In this document: one piece after another, positions 27,989 to 38,441 of the stretch
Numbering within the stretch: the stretch's first letter is position 1
Layout of the letters: every line of letters starts with the position of its first letter
Source: Bacteroidales bacterium
GTDB lineage: Bacteria; Bacteroidota; Bacteroidia; Bacteroidales; UBA932
Length of the DNA stretch: 64,000 nt
Reading direction: 5' to 3'
Assembly (NCBI GenBank): GCA_017627955.1
Contig: JAGAFU010000028.1
Location: 13,808 to 77,807 of the forward strand
The notes under the pieces: generated by a model
What the model saw: the letters and a program-made list of their open reading frames with translations, nothing else
Told to the model about the DNA's origin: nothing
The model's database searches: none
Made by a program: the position numbers and the translations under genes

Positions 27989-28065
27989 TGGGGTGCGATG
28001 TGGGGCTCGAACCCACGACACCCAGAACCACAATCTGGTGCTCTACCAACTGAACTAATCGCACC
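27989..28065 (-). tRNA. tRNA-His (GTG)
   Basis: Minus strand reads GGTGCGATTAGTTCAGTTGGTAGAGCACCAGATTGTGGTTCTGGGTGTCGTGGGTTCGAGCCCCACATCGCACCCCA: G-1:C73 pair, GTG anticodon, TTCGA T-loop, encoded CCA. TATCTTTG promoter element at 28079-28086. Confidence 0.97.
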
Positions 28066-28136
28066 GTGTTAGAGATTGCAAAGATACAAAAAAATCTTTC
28101 TTTACAAGAATTTCTGAATAATAATTATCTTTGTGC

Positions 28137-29267
28137 ATGCGGAGATTGTTGACTTTCGCCATTATTTTACTTGTTTCGGCTTCTTGTTGGGCCCAATTTA
28201 ACGTGTCTATTCCTCCGGCCAGACCTTTGCGCCAGTTGCCAGACACGGCGACTGTTCTTGTCATGGGCGATGTGATGATGCACAGGGACCAGATTTCGAA
28301 TTCTTCCAGGGCCGACGGCAGTTATGATTTCTCGACTTATCTTGAGCACATAAAAGACCAGGTGATGGCTTCAGATCTCGCGGTAGCCAATATGGAGTTC
28401 ACCCTTGCCGGCCAGCCCTACTCGGGTTATCCTTGCTTTTCGGCGCCGGATGGCTATGAGGATTATGTCGCTTCGTGCGGAGTTGACCTTTTTCTCACGG
28501 CGAACAATCATATTCTCGATAAAGGAAAGTTGGGAATAGAAAGGACGCTGGGAAGATATTCCCAGATGGAAGAGGAAGGCCTGGTGAAGCACACCGGTTG
28601 CTCGGAATCCGCCGAAGATGATTTGAGGCGCTTTCCTTTGATTATGGCGGTGAAAGGGATAAGAATTGCCTTCATCAATTTCACTTACGGCACTAACCTG
28701 AAGATTGACAGCGAGTTCCCGAAGGTCCACAGGACTGACAAAACCGAGATCGGTGAGGCCATTGACAGGGCCAAGGCTATGGGAGCGGATTTCATCATCG
28801 CCTTGCCGCATTGGGGTACTGAATATATGTTGAGCCATTCAGCCTCTCAGGAGAAGCTTGCCGACTGGCTCGTGGAGCAAGGATGCGACGCTGTGATAGG
28901 AGCCCATCCCCATGTGGTTCAGGACACTGAGCGGGTGGCTGCCCTTGTTGACGGACGTCTCAAATCAGTTCCGGTGGTTTATTCCTTGGGTAATATTGTC
29001 TCGAACATGAGCGCTCCCAACACTCAGGTGGGGATGATAGCGAAGTTAAGGATTGTGACTGGCGAGGATGGCGCGAGGAGGCTTCTGCGTCCGGAACTTG
29101 TCATGACTTGGTGCACTCGTCCCGGCACTTTGACCGATAGTTACGCGACAATCCCTGTCAAGGAATTCTTGGGAAAGCGCGATCTTTGGAAGGACAAATC
29201 GGACTACGACAATATGGTTCGCTCTTATGAGCGGGTCAAAGCCGCGACTCGTATTGAAGATAATTAA
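28137..29267 (+). CDS. CapA family (poly-gamma-glutamate synthesis-like) metallophosphoesterase
   Basis: MGDVMMH, ANMEF, TANNHILD, HWGTEY, GAHPHVVQ and YSLGN motifs; ATG at 28137. Confidence 0.85.
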   Translation: MRRLLTFAIILLVSASCWAQFNVSIPPARPLRQLPDTATVLVMGDVMMHRDQISNSSRADGSYDFSTYLEHIKDQVMASDLAVANMEFTLAGQPYSGYPCFSAPDGYEDYVASCGVDLFLTANNHILDKGKLGIERTLGRYSQMEEEGLVKHTGCSESAEDDLRRFPLIMAVKGIRIAFINFTYGTNLKIDSEFPKVHRTDKTEIGEAIDRAKAMGADFIIALPHWGTEYMLSHSASQEKLADWLVEQGCDAVIGAHPHVVQDTERVAALVDGRLKSVPVVYSLGNIVSNMSAPNTQVGMIAKLRIVTGEDGARRLLRPELVMTWCTRPGTLTDSYATIPVKEFLGKRDLWKDKSDYDNMVRSYERVKAATRIEDN

Positions 29268-29272
29268 CTTGC

Positions 29273-30220
29273 ATGAAGAAGACTATAACATTGGAAGCAG
29301 TTGATCCTGTGGAGATTTTTGGGGTCGGAAACAGGATTCTGGAAGAGTTTGTGACATATTTCCCCGGCCTTAAAGTGGTCGCGAGGGGCAATGAGATCAT
29401 TCTTGACGGGAAGCAGGAGGACATCAAGGAATTCGACTTGAAGTTCGCCGAGCTCGTCAGAAGGAGGCACCATAAACTGAATCTCACCGTTTTTGACGTG
29501 GAGGATATTTTCGACGGGGAGAAGAGTTCCCCGGAGGCTTTCAAGTCCTCCGGCGACGCGATAATTGTCCATACTACAGACGGGAAACCGGTCAAAGCCC
29601 GTAACGAGAGCCAGAAAAAGATGGTCAAGGCCTATTTCGAGAACGATCTTGTCTTTGCCGTGGGACCGGCCGGAACAGGAAAGACCTATGTCGCTATTGC
29701 CTTGGCTGTCAGAGCCTTGAAGAACCGGGAGATCAAACGCATCATCCTGACTCGTCCGGCTGTCGAGGCGGGCGAGAGACTGGGTTTCCTGCCAGGAGAC
29801 CTGAAGGACAAACTGGATCCGTACCTCCAGCCTCTTTATGACGCTCTTGGCGATATGATTCCCCCCAAGCGGCTTCAGGATTTCATGGCGGAAGGAACTA
29901 TCCAGATAGCCCCCTTGGCTTACATGCGAGGCCGTACTCTTGACCGGGCATGCGTCATTCTCGACGAGGCGCAGAACACCAATCTCTCCCAGCTTAAGAT
30001 GTTTCTTACGAGGATGGGAGTCAACGCCAAGTTTATAGTGACAGGTGATGCCACGCAAGTGGATCTTCCGAGGAAAGAGGATTCCGGTCTTCTGAAGGGG
30101 ATCTCTTTGCTTAAAGACATCAAAGGGATCAGCACTGTCTTTTTCAGTAATGAGGACATTGTCCGTCATCCGCTGGTCACAAAGATTGTCAAGGCCTTTG
30201 ACCACCATGAGTCAGAGTAA
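29273..30220 (+). CDS. phoH: PhoH family ATPase
   Basis: GPAGTGKT, LTRPAVEAGERLGFLPG, YMRGRTL, LDEAQN and DIVRH motifs. Confidence 0.9.
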   Translation: MKKTITLEAVDPVEIFGVGNRILEEFVTYFPGLKVVARGNEIILDGKQEDIKEFDLKFAELVRRRHHKLNLTVFDVEDIFDGEKSSPEAFKSSGDAIIVHTTDGKPVKARNESQKKMVKAYFENDLVFAVGPAGTGKTYVAIALAVRALKNREIKRIILTRPAVEAGERLGFLPGDLKDKLDPYLQPLYDALGDMIPPKRLQDFMAEGTIQIAPLAYMRGRTLDRACVILDEAQNTNLSQLKMFLTRMGVNAKFIVTGDATQVDLPRKEDSGLLKGISLLKDIKGISTVFFSNEDIVRHPLVTKIVKAFDHHESE

Positions 30221-30264
30221 GAAAAAATATGCGTATCTTTGTAGGTTAACTTATCGCTATAATA

Positions 30265-31188
30265 ATGGAGAGTATCAGATGTCTTATCATAGGAGGAGGG
30301 CCCGCCGGTTATACCGCGGCCATTTATGCCTCCAGAGCTGGCCTTAATCCCGTACTTTATGAGGGTATGGAGCCTGGTGGCCAGTTGACGACAACCACTG
30401 TCGTGGAGAATTTCCCCGGTTTCCCTCAGGGTGTGGACGCCAACCAGCTGATGGCGGACATGAGGGCGCAAGCTGTTCGCTTCGGAGCCGATATTCGTAG
30501 AGGGACAATTACTTCCGTCGATTTCTCCGAAAGACCTTTCCGTTTGACAGTTGACGGGGAGACCGTTATTGAGGCAATGACCGTCATCATCGCCACAGGC
30601 GCTGCGGCCAAGTACCTTGGCCTTCCGTCCGAACGTCAATTCAGGGGCCAAGGTGTCAGCGCGTGCGCCACATGTGACGGTTTCTTCTACAGGAAGAAGG
30701 ATGTGGCGGTGGTCGGTGGCGGTGATACCGCTTGCGAGGAGGCCACCTATCTCGCCAATATCTGTAACAAGGTCTACATGATTGTTCGCAGGGATGTCTT
30801 CAGGGCCTCCCAGGCCATGCGTGACAGGGTGATGAACACACCTAACATCGAGATCCTCTGGAACTGCAACACCCGTGAGGTCCTCGGGGATGATTCCGGG
30901 GTGACGGGAGTCCGCATAGAGAGAAAAGATGGTAAGGTTTTTGATATCAAGGTCGACGGGTTTTTCCTTGCCATCGGGCATCATCCCAACTCAGATGTAT
31001 TCAAGGAGTTCATCAAGACGGATGAGAACGGCTACATCCTTACAGACGGGAAGTCCTGCAGGACCAATGTCGATGGAGTGTTCGCGGCTGGCGATGTCCA
31101 GGATCCGAGTTTCAGGCAGGCGATAACGGCTGCCGCTTCCGGATGCAAGGCCGCGCTCGAGGTGGAGAAGTTCCTTTTGTCGGAATAG
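30265..31188 (+). CDS. trxB: Thioredoxin reductase
   Basis: IGGGPAG, redox CATCDG, VVGGGDTA and FAAGDV motifs. Confidence 0.95.
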   Translation: MESIRCLIIGGGPAGYTAAIYASRAGLNPVLYEGMEPGGQLTTTTVVENFPGFPQGVDANQLMADMRAQAVRFGADIRRGTITSVDFSERPFRLTVDGETVIEAMTVIIATGAAAKYLGLPSERQFRGQGVSACATCDGFFYRKKDVAVVGGGDTACEEATYLANICNKVYMIVRRDVFRASQAMRDRVMNTPNIEILWNCNTREVLGDDSGVTGVRIERKDGKVFDIKVDGFFLAIGHHPNSDVFKEFIKTDENGYILTDGKSCRTNVDGVFAAGDVQDPSFRQAITAAASGCKAALEVEKFLLSE

Positions 31189-31190
31189 TT

Positions 31191-32090
31191 ATGGACAAGT
31201 TAAAGGTTTTTTCAAATTTCACGGTTATACTCGTGGTCATGGCGGCCGCGATCGTGTCCTGTAAGTCGGAATATGACGCGTTGCTCAACAGCAGCGACGT
31301 GGATAGCAAATACGCCGCCGCTTTCGATTACTTCAATCACGGCAAATTCAACAAAGCGGCCCGCCTCTTCGAGAGCCTGTCGGTTCAAACCAACGGCATG
31401 CCCAAGGATGACACCGTTCAGTTCTATTGGGGGATGAGCAATTACCGTTATAAGGACTATTACACGGCGGAGACAAACTTTTCCAAGTTCCTGACCAATT
31501 TTCCCCGGAGTCCTTTCGCGGATGAGGCCGCATTCCTCCGCATAGATTGCCTTTACAGGTCCACGATGAGGTCCGAGCTGGATCAGAAACCGACTTACAC
31601 GGCTCTGGCCATCCTGTCTCAATACATCATCGAGAACCCCAACAGCACCCACATGTCGACTTGCCGACGGATGGTGAAGGAGCTGAATGACAGGCTTGAC
31701 AAGAAGTCATACGATAATGCCAAGCTTTATTACAAGCAGGAGGATTACCGGGCGTCCAGGGTGGCGTTCAGGAATATTCTAAAGGAGGATTCCGACAACA
31801 TCTACCGTGAGGACATCCTGTACTATATCGCCATGTCGTCCTACAAGTTCGCCCATCTTAGCGTTGAGTCGAAGCAGAAAGAACGCTATCTGACTTTTGT
31901 GGACGATTACTACAACTTCATCGGCGAGCTCCCCGAGTCTCCATACAGGAAGGAGCTGGATGTCTTGTACAAGCGTACGCTCAAGGCTCTTGGCCGGTAC
32001 ACGGGCTCTGAGGAGGAACTTGAGGCCAAGGAGAAAGATTTCGAGCGGGAGAGAAAAAAATTATTGAAACAATCCGAAGACGCCGAGTAG
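31191..32090 (+). CDS. bamD: Outer membrane protein assembly factor BamD (lipoprotein)
   Basis: Lipobox IVSC; TPR helices with F..F...FPRSPFADEA and ELDQKPT; ATG at 31191. Confidence 0.85.
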   Translation: MDKLKVFSNFTVILVVMAAAIVSCKSEYDALLNSSDVDSKYAAAFDYFNHGKFNKAARLFESLSVQTNGMPKDDTVQFYWGMSNYRYKDYYTAETNFSKFLTNFPRSPFADEAAFLRIDCLYRSTMRSELDQKPTYTALAILSQYIIENPNSTHMSTCRRMVKELNDRLDKKSYDNAKLYYKQEDYRASRVAFRNILKEDSDNIYREDILYYIAMSSYKFAHLSVESKQKERYLTFVDDYYNFIGELPESPYRKELDVLYKRTLKALGRYTGSEEELEAKEKDFERERKKLLKQSEDAE

Positions 32091-32116
32091 TACATTAATT
32101 AGAAGATTATTTGAAA

Positions 32117-32446
32117 ATGGATATTAACAAGAAGACACCCAACAACACTATCACACGAGATGTGAAGTATCTTGCCGAGCCTACCGGCAATATTTATGAG
32201 ACCGTTGTGATCCTCTCCAAGAGGGCCAACCAGATTTCGCTCGCTGAGAAGAAAGAGCTTGCGAAGAAGCTTGAGGATTTCCGTACGGATCGTGACACCA
32301 TGGAAGAGGTGTTCGAGAACAGGGAGCAGATTGAGATCTCCAAATATTACGAGAAGCTTCCCAAGCCGGATCTTATCGCCATCACCGAGTTTGAGGATGG
32401 TGAGCTTTATTACAGGATGGCCGGCAAGGAGGAGGGCGAGAGGTAG
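32117..32446 (+). CDS. rpoZ: RNA polymerase omega subunit (Bacteroidetes type)
   Basis: TGNIYETVVILSKRANQI and REQIEISKYYEKLPKP; follows bamD as in Bacteroidales. Confidence 0.85.
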   Translation: MDINKKTPNNTITRDVKYLAEPTGNIYETVVILSKRANQISLAEKKELAKKLEDFRTDRDTMEEVFENREQIEISKYYEKLPKPDLIAITEFEDGELYYRMAGKEEGER

Positions 32447-32461
32447 TGGCTTTCCCTGCCC

Positions 32462-34111
32462 ATGCTCAAGTCCCTTCAAATAAAGAATTACGTTCTGATA
32501 GACTCTCTGGATGTTGAATTTCCGGAGGGTCTAGTTATTATTACGGGACAGACTGGCGCCGGAAAGTCCATTCTCCTGGGAGCATTGTCTTTGCTTCTCG
32601 GGTCAAAGGCGGACTCGTCCGTGATAGGTACCAAGGCCGATAGTTGTGTCGTGGAGGCCGTATTCGGGATTCCGGAGAGCGACCTTATTACCAGGAAATT
32701 ATTGGAGGATAATGACTTGGATGACGGTTCCGGAGAGATTGTCGTCAGGCGTGTCGTCTGGGCTTCAGGCCGGTCGCGTTCATTTGTGAATGATTCTCCC
32801 GTGAGTGTCCAGATCCTCCAGGAGATATCCTCCCGACTGGTGGACATACATTCGCAGCATCAGACTTTGATGCTTTCCGACAAGTCGTTCCAATTGTCAA
32901 TGCTGGACCATTTCGCCGGCAATGACGCCTTGCTCTCGAAGTGTGATTCCAGTTTCAAGCTTTTGCGGACTCTTGAAAAGGAACTGTCTGACGCTGAGGC
33001 TTCTCTCTTGAGAAAAAGCGAGGAGAGGGAATATGTTATGTCGAGGTGGAAACGCTTGGACGAGGCCGGGTTGAAAGAAGGGGAACTGGAAGATCTGGAA
33101 GAGGAGCAGCGCCTCCTCGCGAACGCCGAGGCCATAAAGGAATCTCTCACTGGAGTCGAGAACCTGATAGACACCTCCTCTCTTAAAGAGGCCCGCAAGC
33201 AGCTTGAGAAGGCCGGGAAATATGTTCCGGATCTCATCCCGTTGGAACAACGGCTTGAGTCTGCCCGCCTGGAGCTGAACGATATCCTCGAGGAAGTCTC
33301 AATTGTCAATTCGAGGACTGAACTGCCCGGTTCACGTCTGGAAGAAGTTGAGGCCCGGATGTCGCAGTTGTATGATTTGATGGGGAGATATTCAGTGTCC
33401 TCCATCGGGGACCTTATCGCTTTGAGGGATGGTTTATCAGTCTCGCTGGCGGACACGGATGAGCTGAAGGAGAAGATTGGCTTGTTGAAGCGTCAGGTCA
33501 AGGAGGCAGGAGATGAATATGACGCACTCGCCGCCAGTCTTCACAAGTCCAGGCTTTCCGCGAAAGACGCGTTTGCCGGTTCGATCCTTTCGTCGCTAAG
33601 GTCTCTCGAGTTGGAGAGGGCTGTTTTCGATGTTGATATTTCCGAATCTCAACCAGGGCCGGCCGGGACCGACCGTGTCCGTTTCCTCTTCTCGGCATCC
33701 GGAACTTCACCCGTGGAGGTCGCCAAATGCGCTTCCGGAGGTGAGCTTTCAAGGCTGATGCTGTCGCTCAAGGCTATGATGGCCAGGTTTGAGAGCATGC
33801 CCACCTTGATCTTTGATGAGATTGATTCCGGAGTCTCGGGAAGTGTCGCGGACAAGATGGGACAGATGATTTGTTCCATGGGAAGGGATATGCAGGTCTT
33901 TGCCATAACCCATCTCCCTCAGGTGGCGGCCAAAGGCAATGCCCACTATCTTGTCGAGAAATCCTTTGAAGGGACGGAAGCGGTTTCCACAATCCGTCCT
34001 CTGCAAGGGGATGACAGAGTTATGGAGATTGCCAGGATGCTGTCCGGAAGCCACGTGTCAGCCGCGGCTGTTGAGAACGCCAAGGCCCTTTTATCTGACC
34101 AGGGTGATTGA
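32462..34111 (+). CDS. recN: DNA repair protein RecN
   Basis: Walker A TGQTGAGKS, DIHSQH, ASGGELSR, IFDEIDSGVSG and ITHLPQVAA motifs. Confidence 0.95.
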   Translation: MLKSLQIKNYVLIDSLDVEFPEGLVIITGQTGAGKSILLGALSLLLGSKADSSVIGTKADSCVVEAVFGIPESDLITRKLLEDNDLDDGSGEIVVRRVVWASGRSRSFVNDSPVSVQILQEISSRLVDIHSQHQTLMLSDKSFQLSMLDHFAGNDALLSKCDSSFKLLRTLEKELSDAEASLLRKSEEREYVMSRWKRLDEAGLKEGELEDLEEEQRLLANAEAIKESLTGVENLIDTSSLKEARKQLEKAGKYVPDLIPLEQRLESARLELNDILEEVSIVNSRTELPGSRLEEVEARMSQLYDLMGRYSVSSIGDLIALRDGLSVSLADTDELKEKIGLLKRQVKEAGDEYDALAASLHKSRLSAKDAFAGSILSSLRSLELERAVFDVDISESQPGPAGTDRVRFLFSASGTSPVEVAKCASGGELSRLMLSLKAMMARFESMPTLIFDEIDSGVSGSVADKMGQMICSMGRDMQVFAITHLPQVAAKGNAHYLVEKSFEGTEAVSTIRPLQGDDRVMEIARMLSGSHVSAAAVENAKALLSDQGD

Positions 34112-35851
34112 GTAATCCGGATTGTAGACAACCCTTCTGACGGCGTTGTTGATGTAGCTCCCCGAAGGAGTCCTCTCAAGTTTGAAATCGGATTGAAGAC
34201 CGTCGAAGTCCACTTTATGTAGGGCTTTGGGCCATTTCTTTCCATATTTGTTGGCGAGGTTGCCGAAGAACATCATCAGGTCGTAGCCGGAATATGCCGA
34301 ACGGCTGGGCTCGGTGTTGTAGAGGGCCCTGTACTGGAGCAGGAAATCCTTGGTTTTCTTGGAGTTGTAGTCCACGAAGTACGTGACGCTCGCATGCAGG
34401 TTGAGTTTGTGCAGTTGCTCGACATCTATCTGGTCGTATGTCCTGATCCTTGAAGTGCTGTAGAGGACGATGCTGCCGCTTCTGCCCGCTGACATGAATA
34501 GATTCCTGACCGCCTCGATAAGGAATACCGTGCTCCTCTCCGTATAATCACACGAGAGAACTATCCTGTTCGTGCCCTGGGAAGTCATCAATGCTTTCAT
34601 TGACCCCAAGGTTGTGGTTGAATGGGCCAATCCGGCATTCTCCATTTCACTCTCGACCATGTCGTGATAGGCTGAGTGCTGGGAGGCCGGGGTCACCACG
34701 ATCACCTTGTCGCCACGGCCAAGGTCCGACTTGATCCACTGGACCATGTCCCGTATCTGGACTGAGGTCGGGGTCGGAGCCTGGATTATCTTGGACAACG
34801 TGTCGGCCAGAGGCTCCACTTGCATGTCGAGAGGGGAGACTATCCATGAGTCTCCTTCGCTTATCCGTGAAGCTTTGGCGACATCAGTCTTTGAGACCGG
34901 TCCAATCGTGAAATCGCTCTCAGAGAGTCTCTCACGGGTGACAGGCATGTTGCCTCCCGCTATGTCATAACTATGAATATCCAGGTTTACTCCTTCCGCT
35001 CCGAGCTCCCTTGCGGCGAGAAGCGAGCCGCAATAAAGGTCCATGAATGAGGTCCTGTCCCCTGACTTGGGAGCTGAGAAGGGGAGAAGCATGGATATGT
35101 TGACCTTGTGGTTCCCTTCCCTGACGAACAAGTCGTCGAGGATCCCGTCTTCTTGACCACCCTCCGATGGATTCTCTTCTTCTCCGGTTGTGGCCGGGAA
35201 TCCGATTGCGGTGGCCTCAGTGGAAGGCGTGGTCTGGGTATCTCCCTCTTTTACCGAACTACCTTCCCAGGCCGCCGGATCTGTGGGGATCTTGAGTTCC
35301 TGCTTGCGGTAGATCTTGTCGGAGGTCATCTTGTTGATGTTCTTTATCGACTCCTTGGACACGCCGTATTTCTTCGCGATCGCATCAAGGTCGTCATACC
35401 ATCTCACCTTGTGGATGAAGTACTCTCCGTCAGCGCTGTCCCTGTTCCTGGAAGCTTTTTTGCTTACTTTTTCCTTCTCGACATTTTCCCTCGGGGCCGG
35501 AGTCTCAACGGTGATCTCCTCTTGAACATCTTGTGGCTGAGCGCTTTGGGTAGTTTCCTCCTTGAAGGGGATCAGGAGGACCTGGCCTTTCTTGAGTCCT
35601 TCTTTCTCCAAGTTGAGCAGAGGGTTGGCTTCAATGATCTCTTCCTGGGTCACACCGTAGGCCTTGCTGATTGAGTATAAGGTCTGGCGCTCAAGGACCG
35701 GGTGCGCGTAATATATCTTGCCTCCCGTGCGGACCTTGTCCTTGGAAATCACTACTTGCGGAGCGATGTATTCCTGTGCGGTAAGAACGGTGGGGAACAA
35801 TACTGACAAGATCAAAGTCGCTGCCAGCGCGTATCTCAACATTGTTTTCAT
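34091..35851 (-). CDS. Secreted protein with two LysM domains and a periplasmic-binding-protein-like C-terminal domain
   Basis: Signal peptide; TLYSISKAYGV and DLDAIAKKYGV LysM motifs; ISMLLPF...FTIGPV PBP1-like region. Confidence 0.75.
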   Translation of the reverse strand: MKTMLRYALAATLILSVLFPTVLTAQEYIAPQVVISKDKVRTGGKIYYAHPVLERQTLYSISKAYGVTQEEIIEANPLLNLEKEGLKKGQVLLIPFKEETTQSAQPQDVQEEITVETPAPRENVEKEKVSKKASRNRDSADGEYFIHKVRWYDDLDAIAKKYGVSKESIKNINKMTSDKIYRKQELKIPTDPAAWEGSSVKEGDTQTTPSTEATAIGFPATTGEEENPSEGGQEDGILDDLFVREGNHKVNISMLLPFSAPKSGDRTSFMDLYCGSLLAARELGAEGVNLDIHSYDIAGGNMPVTRERLSESDFTIGPVSKTDVAKASRISEGDSWIVSPLDMQVEPLADTLSKIIQAPTPTSVQIRDMVQWIKSDLGRGDKVIVVTPASQHSAYHDMVESEMENAGLAHSTTTLGSMKALMTSQGTNRIVLSCDYTERSTVFLIEAVRNLFMSAGRSGSIVLYSTSRIRTYDQIDVEQLHKLNLHASVTYFVDYNSKKTKDFLLQYRALYNTEPSRSAYSGYDLMMFFGNLANKYGKKWPKALHKVDFDGLQSDFKLERTPSGSYINNAVRRVVYNPDYSITLVR

Positions 35852-36981
35852 TGGAGCTTGTATAAATTATCGGAGAAGTCCAGGAGTCTCTTGACGAATG
35901 TCTTCCATGAGAGTCTTTCTTTCTCTGCTTTAATCGAATTTACGCAAAGGGTACGGAGGTTCTCATCGGAGAAGTAACGGTTGATTTCCTCCACGACACA
36001 TCCCGGTTCCGGCTTTTCCGCGACGAGTCCGGTACCGCTGTCTCCCACTGATTGCTTGAGTCCTCCGACGTCTGTGACAACCATTGGAAGCTCAAAGTGC
36101 CAGCAGATCGCGCTGATCCCGCTTTGGGTAGCGGACCTGTAGGGGAGGACGACCAGGTCGGCGGCGGAGAAGAAGTACTTCACTTCAGAGTCTTTTATGT
36201 ATCGGGTGAAGAGCTTGATCCTGTCTTTCGCTGGAGATGCGTTGATGATCGCCTCATATTTTGAGAAGGAACCGTAGGGCTCTCCGGCCACGATCAGGGA
36301 ATAACTGTCGTCCAGTTTTCCGAATGCCTCAAGGAGGATGTCCAATCCTTTATATTCTCGTATGAGTCCGAAGAACAGAAGGTTTTTCTTGCCGGGTTCC
36401 AGTCCGAGTTCCGAAAGCGCTTCTTCTTTCGGGATCCTTTCGCCGAAATGGGCATAAACGGGATGGAACAAAGTGGCTTTCAGGGCTTTAGGGGATAAGG
36501 CCGTCAAGTCGTCCGAGACCTCTTGGCAGAGTGTCACATTCCCCGAGCAGCCGGACAGGAAATATTTTGTCAGAGGCGCGTCGAAGAATCGCGGTTCGTG
36601 GGGAATCACGTTGTGGAGGATCGAGATCACCTTGCATCTGGACTTGAGTCTCCGGGCTATCCATCCCAGGGATGGGGCGAACCAGGACATCCAGTAGCTT
36701 ATTATTAGCAGATCCGGTTTCCAGTCCCTGATGGCTTTGTATGTCTTGATGTAAGTGAAAGGATTCGCCGTATCCAGGAGAGCGTCGCTCTCGATGGGTA
36801 CGGCGTCGTCATCCTTTGTGACGTATTGGGTCTTTCCAGGGAAGAGAAAATCAGGGTATTGTCTCTTGAAATTGAACGCTTTGACCGTGTGTTCTTTTCC
36901 CAGTTCCAAGTAAAGACTCGCGTTGAACTGGGATATCCCTCCCCTGAAAGGGTAGAAACACGATAGTAGCGCGATCCTCAA
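35848..36981 (-). CDS. Glycosyltransferase family 4 (GT-B)
   Basis: FFGLIREYKGLDIL, ADLVVLPYRSATQSG and VTDVGGL motifs. Confidence 0.9.
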   Translation of the reverse strand: MRIALLSCFYPFRGGISQFNASLYLELGKEHTVKAFNFKRQYPDFLFPGKTQYVTKDDDAVPIESDALLDTANPFTYIKTYKAIRDWKPDLLIISYWMSWFAPSLGWIARRLKSRCKVISILHNVIPHEPRFFDAPLTKYFLSGCSGNVTLCQEVSDDLTALSPKALKATLFHPVYAHFGERIPKEEALSELGLEPGKKNLLFFGLIREYKGLDILLEAFGKLDDSYSLIVAGEPYGSFSKYEAIINASPAKDRIKLFTRYIKDSEVKYFFSAADLVVLPYRSATQSGISAICWHFELPMVVTDVGGLKQSVGDSGTGLVAEKPEPGCVVEEINRYFSDENLRTLCVNSIKAEKERLSWKTFVKRLLDFSDNLYKLQ

Positions 36982-36982
36982 A

Positions 36983-37624
36983 TTACTCGGTCTTTGTCGC
37001 TTCTTCTCCCTTGCCCTTGTTCTTGACGTACTCGCTGTTCAAGCCTTCGAGGAGGGCGTCGGTGATGTCGAGGTCAGGATCTCCGCAGGCCACGGGGGAG
37101 GGAAGGATGCTTCCCTGGGTGGCGATGATCATGGCGAACTTGTGCTCCTCGTTGTACTTGTCGATGAAGGTCTTTATGGCGTTGGCGATCTGGTTCATCA
37201 TGACCTGCTGCTCCTCGGCCATCTCCTGCTCCTTCTGGGCGGCATAAGTGTTGAAATTGTTCTGCTGCTGAATAAGTTTCTGGTTCCTCTGCTCGGCGAC
37301 TGAACGGACAAGGAGGCCCTTGTTCAGGTCGGACTGGAACTTGTTGGCGTCGTTCTGGAGCTTGTTGCCACGACGGTTGATCTCCTCCTGGATGCTCTGC
37401 ATCTTGGTCTCGACGACGGAACGGAGGTCATTTGCCATGTCATACTCGTTGAGTACCCTGTCGAGGTCGTACCATACGATCGCGCCTGGCTTGGCTGTCT
37501 GTTCAACGGTCTCTCCGGTTGAGGCTTTCTTCTTGGCGCTGCCGTCCGAGGTCAGCTGGATAATACCTAACGCAGCCACAGCCGCGAGGGCTATGATGCT
37601 GAGAATCAGTGGTGTTTGTTTCAT
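36983..37624 (-). CDS. OmpH/Skp-family chaperone
   Basis: N-terminal hydrophobic segment; IVWYDLDRVL, Gln-rich coiled coil and LDITDALLEGLN. Confidence 0.8.
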   Translation of the reverse strand: MKQTPLILSIIALAAVAALGIIQLTSDGSAKKKASTGETVEQTAKPGAIVWYDLDRVLNEYDMANDLRSVVETKMQSIQEEINRRGNKLQNDANKFQSDLNKGLLVRSVAEQRNQKLIQQQNNFNTYAAQKEQEMAEEQQVMMNQIANAIKTFIDKYNEEHKFAMIIATQGSILPSPVACGDPDLDITDALLEGLNSEYVKNKGKGEEATKTE

Positions 37625-37652
37625 TTTATTGATACTTTAATAATTTTCCAGT

Positions 37653-38384
37653 CTACAAATGTAATGAATTTTTCTTAATCTGAGAAAGATAGGCCTTGAT
37701 TGTCGCTTCAAGCCCCATGTAGAGGGCGTCGCAGATGATCGCGTGGCCGATCGAGACCTCGTCCGTCCAGGGAATGTTCTTGATGAAATACCCGAGATTA
37801 AGGAGACTCAGATCGTGCCCGGCATTCAAACCGAGCCCGAGCTCACGGACCTTGATCGCTGTCTCAAGGTAGGGGGCGATAGCTTTCTCCGGGTCCTCCG
37901 GATAGATCTCGGCGTAGGCGGCCGTGTAAAGCTCGACACGGTCGCATCCGCACGCCGCGGCACCTTCCGCCATGGCCGGATCCGGATCTATAAATATAGA
38001 GGTGCGGATCCCTTTCTCCTTGAATATGGCGCAGGTCTCCTTGAGAAAATCCATGTTGGCTATCGTGTCCCATCCCTGGTTCGAGGTTATGGCGTCGTGG
38101 GCGTCCGGGACCAGCGTGACCTGATCGGGGACAACCTCGAGAACCAGGTCCACGAAGCTTGGGATAGGGTTACCCTCTATGTTGAACTCTGTCTTGACGC
38201 CCGGCCTGATGGCCCTGACATCTGAATACCTGATATGCCTTTCGTCCGGTCTTGGATGAACCGTTATGCCCTCGGCACCAAAGACTTCGCAGTCCCTGGC
38301 AGCCTTCTCGACATCGGGCATGTTTCCGCCACGGGCGTTGCGTATCGTGGCGATCTTGTTAATATTGACGCTTAATCTGGTCAT
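37653..38384 (-). CDS. pdxJ: Pyridoxine 5'-phosphate synthase
   Basis: LSVNINKIATIRNAR, ITVHPRPDERHIR, FNIEGNP, NAGHDL and EVSIGHA motifs. Confidence 0.95.
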   Translation of the reverse strand: MTRLSVNINKIATIRNARGGNMPDVEKAARDCEVFGAEGITVHPRPDERHIRYSDVRAIRPGVKTEFNIEGNPIPSFVDLVLEVVPDQVTLVPDAHDAITSNQGWDTIANMDFLKETCAIFKEKGIRTSIFIDPDPAMAEGAAACGCDRVELYTAAYAEIYPEDPEKAIAPYLETAIKVRELGLGLNAGHDLSLLNLGYFIKNIPWTDEVSIGHAIICDALYMGLEATIKAYLSQIKKNSLHL

Positions 38385-38441
38385 GGTGCAAAAGTAGTGA
38401 TTTATGTTCAGAATTTATCAGAAATATGTTATTTTTGGAGA
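38385..38441. promoter_or_regulatory. Back-to-back divergent promoters for pdxJ and nadK
   Basis: TACTTTTG on the minus strand (38389-38396) and TATTTTTG on the plus strand (38430-38437), each ending 4 nt before the ATG. Confidence 0.6.

Noticed and set aside
27875-28065. Prophage or ICE integrated at tRNA-His
   Set aside because: No integrase and no duplicated tRNA 3' end seen in the window.
29264-30208. 314-aa antisense ORF opposite phoH, and the many other short overlapping ORFs in the track
   Set aside because: They overlap well-supported genes and show no recognisable domains or initiation signals.
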